From: Dudresnaya verticillata
Taxonomy: Eukaryota
Length of the DNA stretch: 64,000 nt
Reading direction: 5' to 3'
NCBI GenBank assembly: GCA_977862235.1
Contig: OZ374560.1
Span: 1,302,001-1,366,000 of the forward strand
The notes below the pieces were generated by a model, which was given only the letters and a program-made list of their open reading frames with translations, did no database searches and was not told the DNA's origin. This document shows positions 35,601 through 48,154 of the stretch, piece by piece. Positions within the stretch are counted from its first letter, which is position 1. Each line of letters opens with the position of its first letter. A program made the position numbers and the translations under genes.

Positions 35601-37364
35601 GTGTTCGGTGACACTCTTAGAGAATGACTATGATGTCGTCCAAGTAGACGAGACAAGACTTCCATCGGAATCCCGATAATAAAATGTCAACTGTTCGTTG
35701 AAACGTTGCTGGTGCGTTGCACAGACCGAATGGCATTCGGCAGAACTGAAAGCAACCTGCATGACAGGTAAAAGCTGTCTTTGGCTTATCCTCCGCCGCG
35801 ACTGGTATCTGCCAGTACCCTGAATTGCAATCAAGGGTTGTAAAATATTGGGCGTCGCCCAACGAGTCTAAGCACTCGTCCATTCGCGGGAGAGGGTAAG
35901 AATCCTTGATGGTTATCGCGTCAAGCTTTCTGTAATCAACGCAGAAACGGAGTGATCCGTCCGGCTTCTTCACTAGTACCACTGGACTTGCGAACTCAGA
36001 GCGCGCTGGCTCTATGACCCCTTCCTTCAACATCTTGTCGACTTCATCTTGCTCCGCTTGTCGCGCCTTCGGTCCAGACCGATATGGTTGTGCAAATACG
36101 GGTTTTGCCCCGTCAGTGAGATCGATTCGATGCTCCGTGACCTTTATGGTCCCGAGCTTCCCGTTCCACATATCTGCGAAGGGTCGCAACATCTTGCGCA
36201 CGAGACGTCTTTCAGACGTAGAGAGGTGTTCCAGGGCTAAGTCATCGACTGTTAGCTTCTCAGCGGCGGTTGTAACGCCCGGTTTGGGATTGGTCGCGCC
36301 AAGAGCAGCAGCCAGCCCTGCCCCCCTACATCGAAGGATGTCTCCGTTTGAGGATTCGTGTCCTTTTGTTGTGAGACTGTATCCTCGGAGACGTCGTCGA
36401 TGGAAACCGAATATACAGGCGTGGCCGTGGGATCTGGAACTGCGCGACCAATCACTTGGTGTTTGTTCAACCGCTGTGTGCGGGAAGAAAAGTTGGCAAC
36501 CTTGACCCGGAAGAGAACATTCTCTTGGAGTTTGACGATGCCATTCGTGATGATCACTTGTTGACGGTCGTATAGACGTTGGAACGAATCTAGGAAGTGC
36601 GTTCCTTTGGCCGTGCACGTGACGGCGACCCAGGTTTCTGAGCCTGGTAGTAAGTTAGTTGTTTGGGCAACTCTCACGAGTCGCGAGTTAGGTAGGGGAG
36701 GGACCTCCATGGGCTCGCCAGAGCTCGTGGCTCTCGGGATACCGCACCGACGCCGTAGAATCGGTTGTACCGAGCCGTCCCGTAGCGCGATGGTTTGTTT
36801 GCGTACACGCAACGCCTCGACATGGGTATCGATAAAGGTACAGCCTAAGATCATATCAACGGCTAATGCCTTGACTACGACGAACGGTTTTCGTACCGTG
36901 TAGGAGCCAATTCTGACGGCCAGGGAGATCATTCCCATAGTTGTTAAGCGGTGACTTGACGCGGACGTCAAATTCACGATCGATCGGGTCGAAGATATCT
37001 TCTTCCGTTCTTCCAAAGAGAGCACGTCGGCTCGGATGAGGTTTGGGCCCGCCACAGTGTCCAAGACTGAGAGCACTTGAGTAAGTTTCTCAACAGAAGT
37101 CCCCACGGACGCGACAACTTTATAGTTGTATCTCGAAAGAGAGCAAACTGGGTCCTTAACATACTCATGATACTTATACCCGGGAGGTAGGCCCACAGGG
37201 CGTTCTAAAATCTTCTTTGGAAGAGAAGGCGGGGTTTCCCGCGACACCGATCGGTTGGTAGAGGAGAAGCTTAAGAAGTCACATTCCTCTGAACGATCGG
37301 GGGGCTCCGATACGACTGGGGTTGCCCAGTGAACCGAAACCGGTTCCCCCCTAGCTAGTTTTTC
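32685..37364 (-). pseudogene. E2 pol (protease, RT, RNase H, integrase, chromodomain) with two frameshifts
   Basis: LDT(V)AGPN protease, LRFCVDYR, MPFGLCNAPATFQ, YLDD, DTDAC, TDHQAL, HHCC, IDILGP, SDNGSQF, GPY and chromodomain YRIRW...DTWEP. Frameshifts occur near 36322 and 35624. Confidence 0.95.
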
Positions 37365-40065
37365 ACCCTGCTAGCAGGCGACCGCGGAAGCGGTGGAGGC
37401 GGCGGAAGGGTTCGCGACCCTGGTCTTGGCGAGCGTGGCGCCGCCGGTGGGTGTCTGGGAGTGGCAACCGGGTGATTAAGTCCCGCTTGAAATTGGACAT
37501 GTCCGTTCCTGCCTGGGGTTGACCCCAAATTTTGATGCGTGCCTGGCGGCGGCCCACCGGCCCGACCTGACGATGCGTAGTCGCGGTGGTCCCCACGGAT
37601 ATCTCCGTTTGCGAACTCGGGTAGGCGCCTTATGGTGGCTAACCATGTCTTCTGCTCGCGCGACAAGTGATAAAACTGTCGGCGTTTTAGCGCCTCAAAT
37701 GACGGTTCATCCGTGCGAGCCAGATATGGGCAATTCGGTTTCTTGTGGCCCACGCCATAGCACTCGAAACAAATGTCATTGCGTGCATCTTCGACTGTTA
37801 CCCACCCAGGACGCTGAGTCCTTGTTGGTTGCGCCCATCCAGGCAATCGGTGGTTGTAGTTCTGTAGAAATGCTTCCACTTCACCATAGTATGGTTGGTT
37901 ACTGGGTGCCCCAGACCATGAGTCTGATTGGGTTACCGTGGATGGAGGCGCTTCGTTGTCGATGGCAGCTACCACAGCGTCCTCGCTATCCGCGTCAGAG
38001 CTACTGCTCTTTGATGAATCGGAATCCGAGGACATCTGCTTCTTATTCTGGCGAATGAGAAGAGCTCGTCCAGACTTGTGCGTCTTCACCCTGGAGAGGG
38101 TTTTCCGGGGTAGCGTTGAGCTCACCTTCTTGGAGCGTCACCACCCACAAGGGCTCGGTGGGAATCTCCCTGAGCCGTTGCGAGCTCAACGTAGTCTGCT
38201 AGTCGCGCCGTGCGAGGGTCCAGTGATGACGTACTCAAAAGCGGTTTGACCGCAGGTAGTAACCCTCGTATAAAACGTGTAATCAGGTCTTCCTCTGAGT
38301 AAACACCTGCGACCTTTCGCGCTTTGTTCTGCAAACGTCTTGAAAACGTAACCTCCTCCTCATCAGACTCCTGAATCATCGTGTCCATCTCCGAAGAAAT
38401 CTTCTCGATGTAGACGTCCTTTGCGTAAGTCCGCAGGAGGTAATTAATGGCTTCCGGCCACTCATTGAAACCCCCATTGTCGTCACCTGCGGCATCGAAA
38501 TTGGCTTCGAACATGTCCTTAGCGTCTTTTTCCAAGACCTCTGGGATAACCAGAATGGCAGCGCCTTCACTGACTTGGGCTTGATCCAACTGTCGTTTCA
38601 ACGTGGCCAGAAAGCCAATTATGGAAACTGGGTCACTCCCATCAAAGCGGCGACTCCTCATCACGGATTTAACCCGTTTAATCTTCTTGGAAGTGGCTTC
38701 CGTTACTTCCGGTCCTCGATATGAATCGACATTCAACAACCGATAGCGTCGGTACGAAAGAACCTGTACAAAGGCAGGGTTTCGTGGAGTCAACTCCTTG
38801 AGTCCCGTCCGACGTGGGCCTCTCCAAGAGCTCCATGACGGTCGGGAAAGACCTCGCGAGGTGGGTTCATCTTCATCCGAGTGGTTCAGAGCGGGGTAGG
38901 AATTGCTTCGGCGTTGATCTTCAGCCTTGCGGCTGGAGTACCGGTCTTGGCGTGAATCAATCCGGCTGCGGCACACGTTGGGACCGTGCGTCGCCCGGCA
39001 ATCACACCGAGGGTGTTCCGTCCTCTCACGACCAAAGTCGTCATTTCCAGACTCCCCTCCCGAGTCACGTCGCGGAGACGTCTTGCGACGGTCCCTGGTG
39101 CCTCGAGGCACAGGGGAGCGTCGTCGTTCGACTTCAGGGATTAAGTCCCTTTCACGATTAAGTTGCCTCATCTTTGCTTCTAGCAACGCGACCTTCCGTC
39201 TCTCTCCATCGAGATCTTTGCGTAAAAGCTCGATGGCTCGATCTTGTTCGACACACCTTTTGTCGTCCACGTTCCGTTGAACGTTTTGTATAGCCATTAC
39301 GGCCTCTGTCCTTGTTAGGTCTATAACCTTGTTGAGTGCATGTAGTTCCTCGTGGACGGTATCCAATTGGTCCCCGAGGGAATCCACTTGCGCCTGCAGG
39401 GTTTCGACCCTTTCTTCGTCTAATCCTCTGGGAGGACCTGGTTGACCTCGAGGTTCAATCTCTTGTTGACACCTCGCCAGGAGGCGGTCATCACGGCGCG
39501 CGGATGCCTCGTCAATGTACCTCTTGACCTTTAGAAAGGTATCATCGGCTTGGCTTTCCAACAGTGCCACGACGCTCATCGTCAAGGATCTCTCGATGCC
39601 TAATTCGACCATTCGTCCAATCTCACGCTCCGTGAAGCAGCGGATCTCAGACGAATGATACTTCGTTCGCATTGGCAACCCTTCGTCCGAAGTTGCCGGA
39701 GTTTCTTCTTCCTGGGCTCGTCCGCCCATAGCTTGAACACTGGCTAACGCCAGGGACGGCGGCATCATTATACGGCCTGGACCTTCGTTCTCCCCGTTGT
39801 CAGCGGGGGCTTCTCCAACGGTTCGGACCGTATTTTCTCCGTCAGGGACCTGATCCGTACCAGGGCCAGGTGGTTCTTCTTCAGCTGGGACGCCGGTCGT
39901 TTGGGGCGGCGATCTCAGCTCCTCCGTTGCCGGATTGTTTGCAAGAGCGGTTACGACCGCACGGGTGCGGGCGCCTACTGTCCGTACAGAGGCAAGACTG
40001 CCTGTACGACTCGCGCCTCGGCTAGATAAGCCGGGGCGCGTTGTATCGCCATTAGATGTAGGCAT
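37355..40065 (-). pseudogene. E2 gag with a CCHC zinc knuckle; one frameshift at ~38125
   Basis: Capsid-like region (FDGSDP...W.EAINYLLRTY...FIRGL) and CFECYGVGHKKPNC. Two ORFs overlap at 38122-38125. Confidence 0.9.
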
Positions 40066-40490
40066 CTTGACTTCAACAGGACCTGTATCGTCGGTCTGAT
40101 GACGTTCTTCTCGGTTCAGCCGATGTGGTAGCGGGGACTTCTTCCCAGGCTCCTCAACGGTAGGAACCGTATTATACTCGTGTTTTCTCAGGATGCACGG
40201 AAAACCTGTTGAGGTAGTCTCACTCCGGGCGTCACTCCGCCGTGAGAGGGTACTTCTAAAAACGGATAAAACCGTAAAACGAACTTGTGCTTGCTCACAG
40301 ATTTGACGCTACTCTGGAGCTTAACGTGAAGCGTAGAAACCGTCGACAGTAAGACGACTAGGGTTTTGCCCTTCGAGAGATTGGAACCTTGAAAATCAAC
40401 GGACGCGGACACTCCGTCCTGTCTTGACTTCTAAATTCGGCCTGTCGATGGCAAGGTAGAAAAATGGTCCGACCCTGAGAACTTGTTCTA

Positions 40491-40503
40491 GGTCAGGAAA
40501 CCA
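40491..40503 (-). promoter_or_regulatory. E2 primer-binding site, tRNA-Glu-like
   Basis: TGGTTTCCTGACC lies 1 nt inside the 5' LTR. Its complement GGTCAGGAAACCA resembles, from memory, the 3' end of eukaryotic tRNA-Glu (GGUCAGGGAACCA). Confidence 0.65.
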
Positions 40504-40504
40504 C

Positions 40505-41128
40505 TGTAGTAGAATGGCCCTTGGCCAGGTAGTCGGCGATAAAACGGCGCGACAGCTGTCCTGGGGACACACACTCACGGTGGGCGGTAGCTCAAAGGAA
40601 AAGGGAAAAAGGGGGTGGTAGAGACTTGTAGTGGGTGTAATACCCAGAAACAAAGAAAAGGGAAGGCGAACCCTACAGCGTAGAGCAATCGTCGTACACG
40701 ATAGGGCTTGTAGACGCCCAAGGCAAGGGAAACACGGTGGCACCGTAGGAAGACCAGAAAATGGGTACAGCCCAAAGTACACACCGCTGGCGGTTTAGTG
40801 CTGGGCTCCTGCTACTCAGGGGCCCATTAAATACGGCGGGAAGCCGGAAATGCTACCCACTCTAAGCTAGAGTTATAATACTGACAGTTACCTACTACTG
40901 TACACTAAGTGGTGGATTACAATCCAATGATAGGAATGAGTGGTAGTACCACTACGAGGTACAGGCGCGCTGCTGTCTGGCGCGCAATGCCAAAAATATG
41001 GGTGACCAGGATTAATCAACCAATGATAATCAGCCATCTCAACCGTCGCACCCTCGGGCGCCTCACGCCTTACAGGCGTCATCTGTACACGTGTGTGCTT
41101 ACAGCGCTCGGGCGCTCATTATTCCACA
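40505..41128 (-). repeat. E2 5' LTR
   Basis: Direct repeat of 27817-28440. Confidence 0.97.
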
Positions 41129-41146
41129 CGGTGCCATACTGCTACA

Positions 41147-41606
41147 CAATGGCGCCGTACGTACGGAAGCGGTATGCCCGCTCATTTCTATTTTTAATCG
41201 CTAGTGTAACTGTTAGTGTACAGTATTAGCTCACTGTTAGCATTATAGCTCTAACTGAGCGGGTAGTACCTTTTCGGCTCCCGCCGTATTTATTAGGCCC
41301 CTGAGTAGCAGGGGTCCCGCACTAAATGGGCAGCGGTGTGTGCCTTGGGTTTTTTCCCCTTTGTTGGACTCTCACGGTATCACCGCTACAATCCCCGTTA
41401 GGCGTTTACAAGCCGTGCTACCTACGACGACTGCTCTAAGCAGTACGGTTCGCCTTCCCTTTTACCCGTCTTTGGCAGGGCTTGCCGCCCTCTCAAGTCT
41501 CTACCACCCCATTTGGAGCTACCAACCACGCGAGTGGGATCACGCTTTCAGGACAGCAATCGTGCTGTGTGGCCGTCTACTCTAGCTTGAAAGCCATTCT
41601 ACTACA
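41147..41606 (+). repeat. E4: 3' part of another LTR of the E2 family, opposite orientation to E2
   Basis: Shares CCCGCCGTATTTA..GGCCCCTGAGTAGCAGGGG, GGTTCGCCTTCCCTTTT, AAGTCTCTACCACCCC and the end GCCATTCTACTACA with the reverse complement of the E2 LTR. Confidence 0.85.
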
Positions 41607-42390
41607 CTATGCACTAATCCCCTACTCTGCCTCTCTCGTTAATGCGATTGACTCGCTAGATGCAGAGTTCTTCCGTTTCTTCCTCTCCCAAAGGTCGAAG
41701 CGAATGCCTCGCTTGCGTCTCCAGAAGCTTCGTGCGCTCTTCAGAATTGAACCCCGTTGCTGCGATAGCGAGCTCTCCAAAGGTCCCTTATTGTTTCACT
41801 AAGACGCACTGCTTGCCGACCGGCGCCCCCGGCATCATGGCACGTGCGCCGTACGCTGCCCGCACTACCCCTTGTGCCTTTCCCCTCTCTACACTAGCTA
41901 CTACAGCACTGGCCTACTCGTACAACCATTGCCGCAGAGCTTACTACCGTCTGGAGTGCAGCATTTGCAGGAATCCGTCCGGCCCCTGTCTGCGACCTGC
42001 CTTGCTTCCCCCCAGCTCTTCAATTGCCCGACCACCGCGATCGACTACTGGCAGTTCGATTGCACCTCTGCACTTTCCCTATCCCGCCACGCGACACCGC
42101 CAAACGCCTGCTCCTCCGCACGCACTCCCGGGACTCAACAAGCTGGCGCTGTGGGACCCCACACCACACGACCTCGCTGCCGTCACTACTACCATCGCTT
42201 CCATTCGGGAACTCTGCGCTGCAGAGTATCCGCTCCCCTCGGCCCTCATATGAACCACTCGTCCCGCCCTCCCCTAGCCCCCCCTTCATGCCGCCCTTCC
42301 CCCATGTCCACCCTGGCACTTAGTGCCGGTGCGCTCGCTAATGGGCCTTAGTCGCCCGCGTGAGACCACCTTAAACAACCAGTAAAAGTT
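41607..42390 (+). mobile_element. Non-LTR (LINE-like) retrotransposon 3' fragment, copy 1
   Basis: YALIPY...IDSLDAEFFR...MPRLRLQKLRALFRI is homologous to copy 2. It is degenerate and appears to be the host of the E4 insertion. Confidence 0.55.
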
Positions 42391-42433
42391 TACCATCACA
42401 AGGAAGTGGCAATAGCAGCTTAGTAGTTTCTTT

Positions 42434-43100
42434 TTGCTTGGTCCGCGATGGAGGTCGTGGGATCAACTCCTGCGGGTACGTGCTCGTGCGAAGCTGGAGG
42501 GCAGTCTAAATCAGGCAATGTTGTGCACAACATTGTACAGAACTTTTCTCGTCCCACTCATTGAGTATGGCTTACCGCTTACAGCAATGAACGATGAATT
42601 GAGCACTCAGTTGGATGGAGTCGATGGAACCTTCTTTCGGGCCGCTATCGTCCAGAGCGGGTCCCACATGCCCCAGTCCCGACTGAAGAAACTGCGAGCC
42701 CTGTTTCGAATCCCTGACATATCACAAAGACGATCCAACCTTCAGCATGGCGTACTTTGAAGACTAAAAATGACGGCGGCGACCCAGAAAGGGAAGGTTG
42801 CACGGATTTCGCGAAAAAAGCTCTCAGCGCTCCACGACTCAGCGAATCGCGACATTCAATCGGCTTCTCTCCACCCGTCTCCCCTTACATGTCGCCATAA
42901 TCAGCAATTGGCTTCATGGCAGTTGGCACTGCAAGGAAAGCGCTGACAGCGTCCAGCTCCAGTCTACTCTACTATCCGCTTCGCGCCCGCTTTAGAACTT
43001 CGCAGCGCCACCAACCGGCTATCAGGCGGTGCAGTGGCACCACCTTGGACATTCCCAGCACCCTGCCCCCACTACACCTTCAGCAGCATTGCGCGTGAGA
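42434..43100 (+). mobile_element. Non-LTR (LINE-like) retrotransposon 3' fragment, copy 2
   Basis: LYRTFLVPLIEYG resembles the post-RT thumb motif of non-LTR RTs. LDGVDGTFFR...RLKKLRALFRI matches copy 1. Confidence 0.6.
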
Positions 43101-43826
43101 TACCTGCGCAAGGCACCGCTACAAAAGGGTACAATTCCTCGAGTACGACAATTGCATGTTGTGGTTGCTCAGAGGCCACTGCTGCCGAAGCAGAAACACT
43201 CAAAACGTGGTCCAATAATAGTATATTGCCACTCGGGAACGGGGTCTGCGTGCAGCGGAGTCACAGCCCCGACCAGCGGGACGAGTCGAAGAGCCGCCGC
43301 GTACAGCGCGGACGGCAGTGCGGGCGAGGGAAGCACAACAACAGCTGCTGTGAACAAACAAAACGGCGTGCGTGGCGAGTGTAGCATGCGTCACTGGCGG
43401 AGCTGCGCGTGTGTGCTACTGTGGTCCAGCACCTGCTGCGACATGTTTGGCGCGCAGCCGTTGCAGGGGCACTCGCGCACGGGCTTGTCGTACTGTGCGC
43501 GACGCGGTGCAGACTGACGGTGACCGGCGCGTGAGTGGTGGCAGGACCGAGACGGTGCGGCAGACCGACCGCAGCGACGCGGCGACGCGGTAACGGCGTG
43601 GCACAGCAAGGCTGGCGGCGAGGCGAGCAGGCGATGGGCGAGGGGGGCGATGGGCTCGCGCGCTGTAGCGCGTTCTGGGAGACTGGGTAACGGGAGTGCG
43701 GCCGGCGGGCTGGGTTGACGGCGGGTCGGGCCACACGATGCAAAGGCGAAGAACGGATGTGACTGATGTTGGGACCGAGCTGCGTACCGTGCTGGGCTGC
43801 AGTATGCTCAGACGAGCTGTGGTAGG

Positions 43827-43882
43827 AGTAGTAGTAGTAGTAGTAGTAGTAGTACAGTACTACTACCACTACTACTGCTACT
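43827..43882. repeat. (GTA)n/(TAC)n microsatellite arranged as an imperfect inverted repeat
   Basis: A GTA run, then CAG, then a TAC-type run. Confidence 0.85.
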
Positions 43883-46800
43883 GATTGGGGGCATTACAGT
43901 GTGATTTGACAAATACACGGCGAAATGGGATTAGGCGATGCGACGGGGTCATTGGCCCACCCCACTGGCCATCTTCAGTGATCAGAAGGTGCTCTCGAGA
44001 GCAGTTGATTAATTGATTGAGGCTCACAGTGTATGACTGACTGACTGACTGACGGTGTATTCGCTCACAGTATATTGATTGACACCCATCTCACAGCGAG
44101 GAACCTCGCGCCGACACTGAGCACATTTCCAATGGAGTCGGTAAACGAACTGTCACCGTCTTCACAAGTCGCACGTAGTGACAATCTTTTGGACACAAGT
44201 CTGTCAAAGAAAAGAGAGGGCCCCCACTTTGCGGCTGCACCTACACGCGTCTAGACGCTTCATGTGTCAGGACGCACGCGCCAGAGTCTACAGCAAAGCG
44301 ACGGTCGCAGTGCGCTGAGAAAGAACAGTACTGGTTAGCACGGCGGCCCGGATCAGTCGAGGGCAGCAGGGGGGCAATTTGCAAGCGTTGATATCTTGCG
44401 ATCGATGGCGGAGGCACGACGACACAACGCGCTCACGGCTGCAGCCGCGGCGGAGCACGGCTGCGGCTGCGAGCGAGTCAGGCAGGTGCTGCGGCAAAAA
44501 GCGGATGCAGGAGCGCGGGTCGGCGCGCGTGCGAAGAGTGCAGACTGGCCGGATGTTGCAGAGTGGAGGGCGTAGAGTAGGCGCGTTGAGATAAAAAGGT
44601 GTCGGGAAGATTGCAAAGCGAGGCGTGGGGTCTTGATGGGCGGCGGTGGAGAGCCTCGGAAGCGGAAAACAGAGCTTTGGATTAATGTGTTTGCAAGCCT
44701 TGTATAAAATGCGCGGGATGTGATGGGTGTGTCGAATGCGAGTCGGTGCGGTTTATATCTGTGGATAACGGCTGCACGCCGTGCTACACACCGTGCTACA
44801 CACCGTGCTACACACCGTGCGTGTTGTGCATCAAGGAAGATGGAGTGCGTTTTATAGCACAGCGGGATCACTTGGCGTGGCGCCTAATAATAGCAGGCAC
44901 TGTCGCAAAGATCGTATCGGTGGGCGGCCCACAGGTGGAAATGCCTCTTTCCAGAAACTGTTTGGTAATCACTTATGACAAAGCACTTTAGTGCCACAGT
45001 CAGCACTTTGTCACCTTGTACCAAAATCCCGCGTCAGACAACCGCCTGCCCCGCAGCACGCGTTATCTACAACCAGCTGAGACCGCCACGCTCGACGTGC
45101 GCGCGCCGGCGCTTCCGACACCCGTGACGCCGGCGTGTCATCACAGGAGCCGACAAGGCATTCGCTGCCACGGGAGTGTGCGAGTTGACAGTGCGCGCGG
45201 ACACGGTATCGCGCCTGATGACAGCGCCGATGAGGCGAGATCAATCCGTATTATACGTATACAGCGCGGCGCGATACAGCGCGGTGAGGCGTGGACAGCG
45301 GATGACAGGGCAGAAATAAGGCCCATTACACCGCTTGGATGCCAGCACACTCGGAGAGAAGCATTTGACGGTATGGTAACACACTTGCCACCAAGTCGGG
45401 GCCTCAACAAAGCTCGCAAGCTCTTTCATGAGAAGCTTTTTTTGTCGTACTCAAGTAAGCAGCACAGCTACGTAGCAGCTCTGTCACGGCGATCCGGACT
45501 CTTGCGTCTTGACCTTTGGTTATATTCCCATTATGCTCTGTAGGAAAATGTTTTATATGGAGCATCTTTTGATATCTCTAGCGGTAGCGCACCTGAGAAA
45601 ACGTTGCCGGACTGACTATGGGACTGCACCTATATCAATGGCCACACAGGCACACCTCGACTGTGACATTAATCAGTCTATTCTACGTATATACTGTTCA
45701 GAACTGTTGTTGCACAAGTAGAATTCAGCTTTAGACTAGGACTTGAAGGCTGTACTTATGTGACTTGACATAAGAAAATAATACAAAAGCTGTCGAACGG
45801 ACAGTACACAGTCGGCGTTGCAGTGTAGATTGCGCAGTAATAATGGGGAAAAGCGAAAAGTGCATGCAACGATGTAGGCTGTTGTGCATGGGGAGCTGGC
45901 GACGAAGGTCGACCCCTTGCTGCAGCTTGTGTGTCGAATGTTTATTTATACTCGTCAAGTGCAACAACAAGATGATTGGATATGCACGCAACAAACGTGC
46001 GGCATATCACTTGCATCGTTTAGGGCACGTCTCCTGCACAATACAACAGCAATTGGAATCGCATTTTGGACAACTTGGATGGATGTGCATCCGGCACGCA
46101 CAAAAGTGGTCAAACAATAGGAGAAGAGTTGAAGCTGCAGCTGTTGACGGAAAGTGGAACGCCAATGCCAAACACGTTTGGACGCCGCACATTGGGCAAT
46201 CGTGGCGCAAAATCGTTCAGCTGGCCTTTGTCCTTTATCCGTACCCATCCATTGGCGCCCATTCGAGAATACCTCGCGCTGGCCGTTTGCACATACGCAC
46301 ACACACACACACACGCACACCATTTGTTCGCCAAGTCGACGAATAAGGGACCTTTCTCGTTGCGCAAACGAGAAGCCTCTGCACTTGACAGTTGGCTCTA
46401 GTTGCAAAATAACACGCAATTGTATCACGCAGAAAGACGCAGAAAGACGAGTATGTTCCGTGCATTGCTTGCTCCCAAAAATAGCCCATTTTGCGCGTAA
46501 GGATGCGACAGTCGTTATCAGATGGGGGCTGCCTGCCGACAGCACACAGTCGAAAGCTCGGTGCTTGCAGCTTTTGGACGCAATTGATTCTCGTAGACTC
46601 GGATTGTGCGCCACACACGTCGTGTGTGTGTGTCGTCGGGTGTCGCCAAGAGGTGTTGGACAGGCATTGGTTGCCGTTGCGGAGGGAGAGACCGGCCTTG
46701 CAGGCCTGACTATTCCGGCAGCAACTCCATGGCAGAAGAGGGACGCAGCGCGGGTGGCTTTGGATAGACGTACGTTTGTGAGAAAAGGTGTTTAGAAGCG

Positions 46801-48154
46801 TGGTTGGGAAGGGAGATGGCGCGTATCGCTGCTATGTTACACTATGGAGAAGGTCGCTTGTTGAATGCGCGCGAGTTGGTTACATGAGCTTTAAAGGCGT
46901 TAGCAAACGCGCTACTGTGCTGTAAGTCGGGAAGAGGCGATACGGTGCCGTAATTGCTGCTGACACCGTGCGCCGCAGTCTATCACTTCCGCCGCCCGCC
47001 ACATATGCGCCGCCATCCCATCCGACGCATCCACATCCGCCGCTGCAACAGAAGGCAATTCAGATCTGCGCTGTCTGTCAACCGACAAGGCCCTCTCACA
47101 ATATCTTCCCCGCCGCGCAGCAAGCGATCCTCTCGGTCACCCCGCCCCACCACACCAACCAGTGTACTCATATGCACGCTTCCCTTTGCTCTCCCGCGCG
47201 GCTCCGTCTTGAACGGCCCCAGAGTCTATCTACCATACCGTTTCAGTCCCTGTTGCCCCTTTTGCTCCGCTGCATTGCGCACACTGTTCAAGTAGCCCTC
47301 TCCTGCCTCATTCCCACGCTCCAATTTTTCAGCCTTACTACTACTCGATAGACGTATCGATCCGACACTTTCACCAACACACACGCCCACGTCCTAATGG
47401 GTCCATACAGAGCCGGAGCGGAGCTTCTCCCCACCCCCCCCGCAGTATGTACGGCTGCACAACACTAAACTAATGTGTACAGCCTCTTTGGTTGATCCCA
47501 TACAGATGAGGACGTAACACTCGCACTGTTCATTCACGCCGATCAATCACAGTCAACGCCTTGACGCTTGTTCTGTTCCAGTTGTCATAATACACCAGAG
47601 GCATGTACCTACCAGCTGCCCCGAATCGATTCATTATTCGGCTCGTGCGTCTGCAAATCAATACCATCCGTATATTCCGCCGAGTGTGTGACGACAAACT
47701 CTCCTTCTTATTCTTCCTCCGTTCTCTCGCAACACCACGCGAGGCGCGCGCGTGTGGCAATAATGGTGCCCAAAGTTGTCACTAGTGTGCTCGCCAACAA
47801 CTCTTTAGATTTTTATTATTCGTATTCGTTGGGATTGCAATTGCGCATGCAGTGCACCCCGTCTAAAGCCTCTTTCAGTATGCATCGCGGGAATGCATCG
47901 TCGGTGATTCTTCAAACGAGCCTGGCACGGTAACAAGAGATGAAGAACAACAAAAACCAATCGCAGCTGCGGCAGACTAAGCAAGTAGAGATGTCACCAG
48001 CGTCGAGACACAGTATACGGGTCATTGAGGTGGTACAATATAGCAAATCCGATATATCAATATATATCAACAACACAAACACAAAAACGTCCTAGTAGTA
48101 ATAGTAGTAATAGTAGTAATAGTAGTAGTACGGATAGAGGAACCCGTAGCTATC

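Larger units (their letters stand above)
27817..41128 (-). mobile_element. E2: full-length Ty3/Gypsy chromovirus (13.3 kb) with an antisense extra ORF
   Basis: Two 624-bp near-identical LTRs with TG...CA ends, a 5-bp TSD CGGTG (27812-27816 and 41129-41133), PBS, PPT, and domain order gag-PR-RT-RH-INT-chromodomain. Confidence 0.97.
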
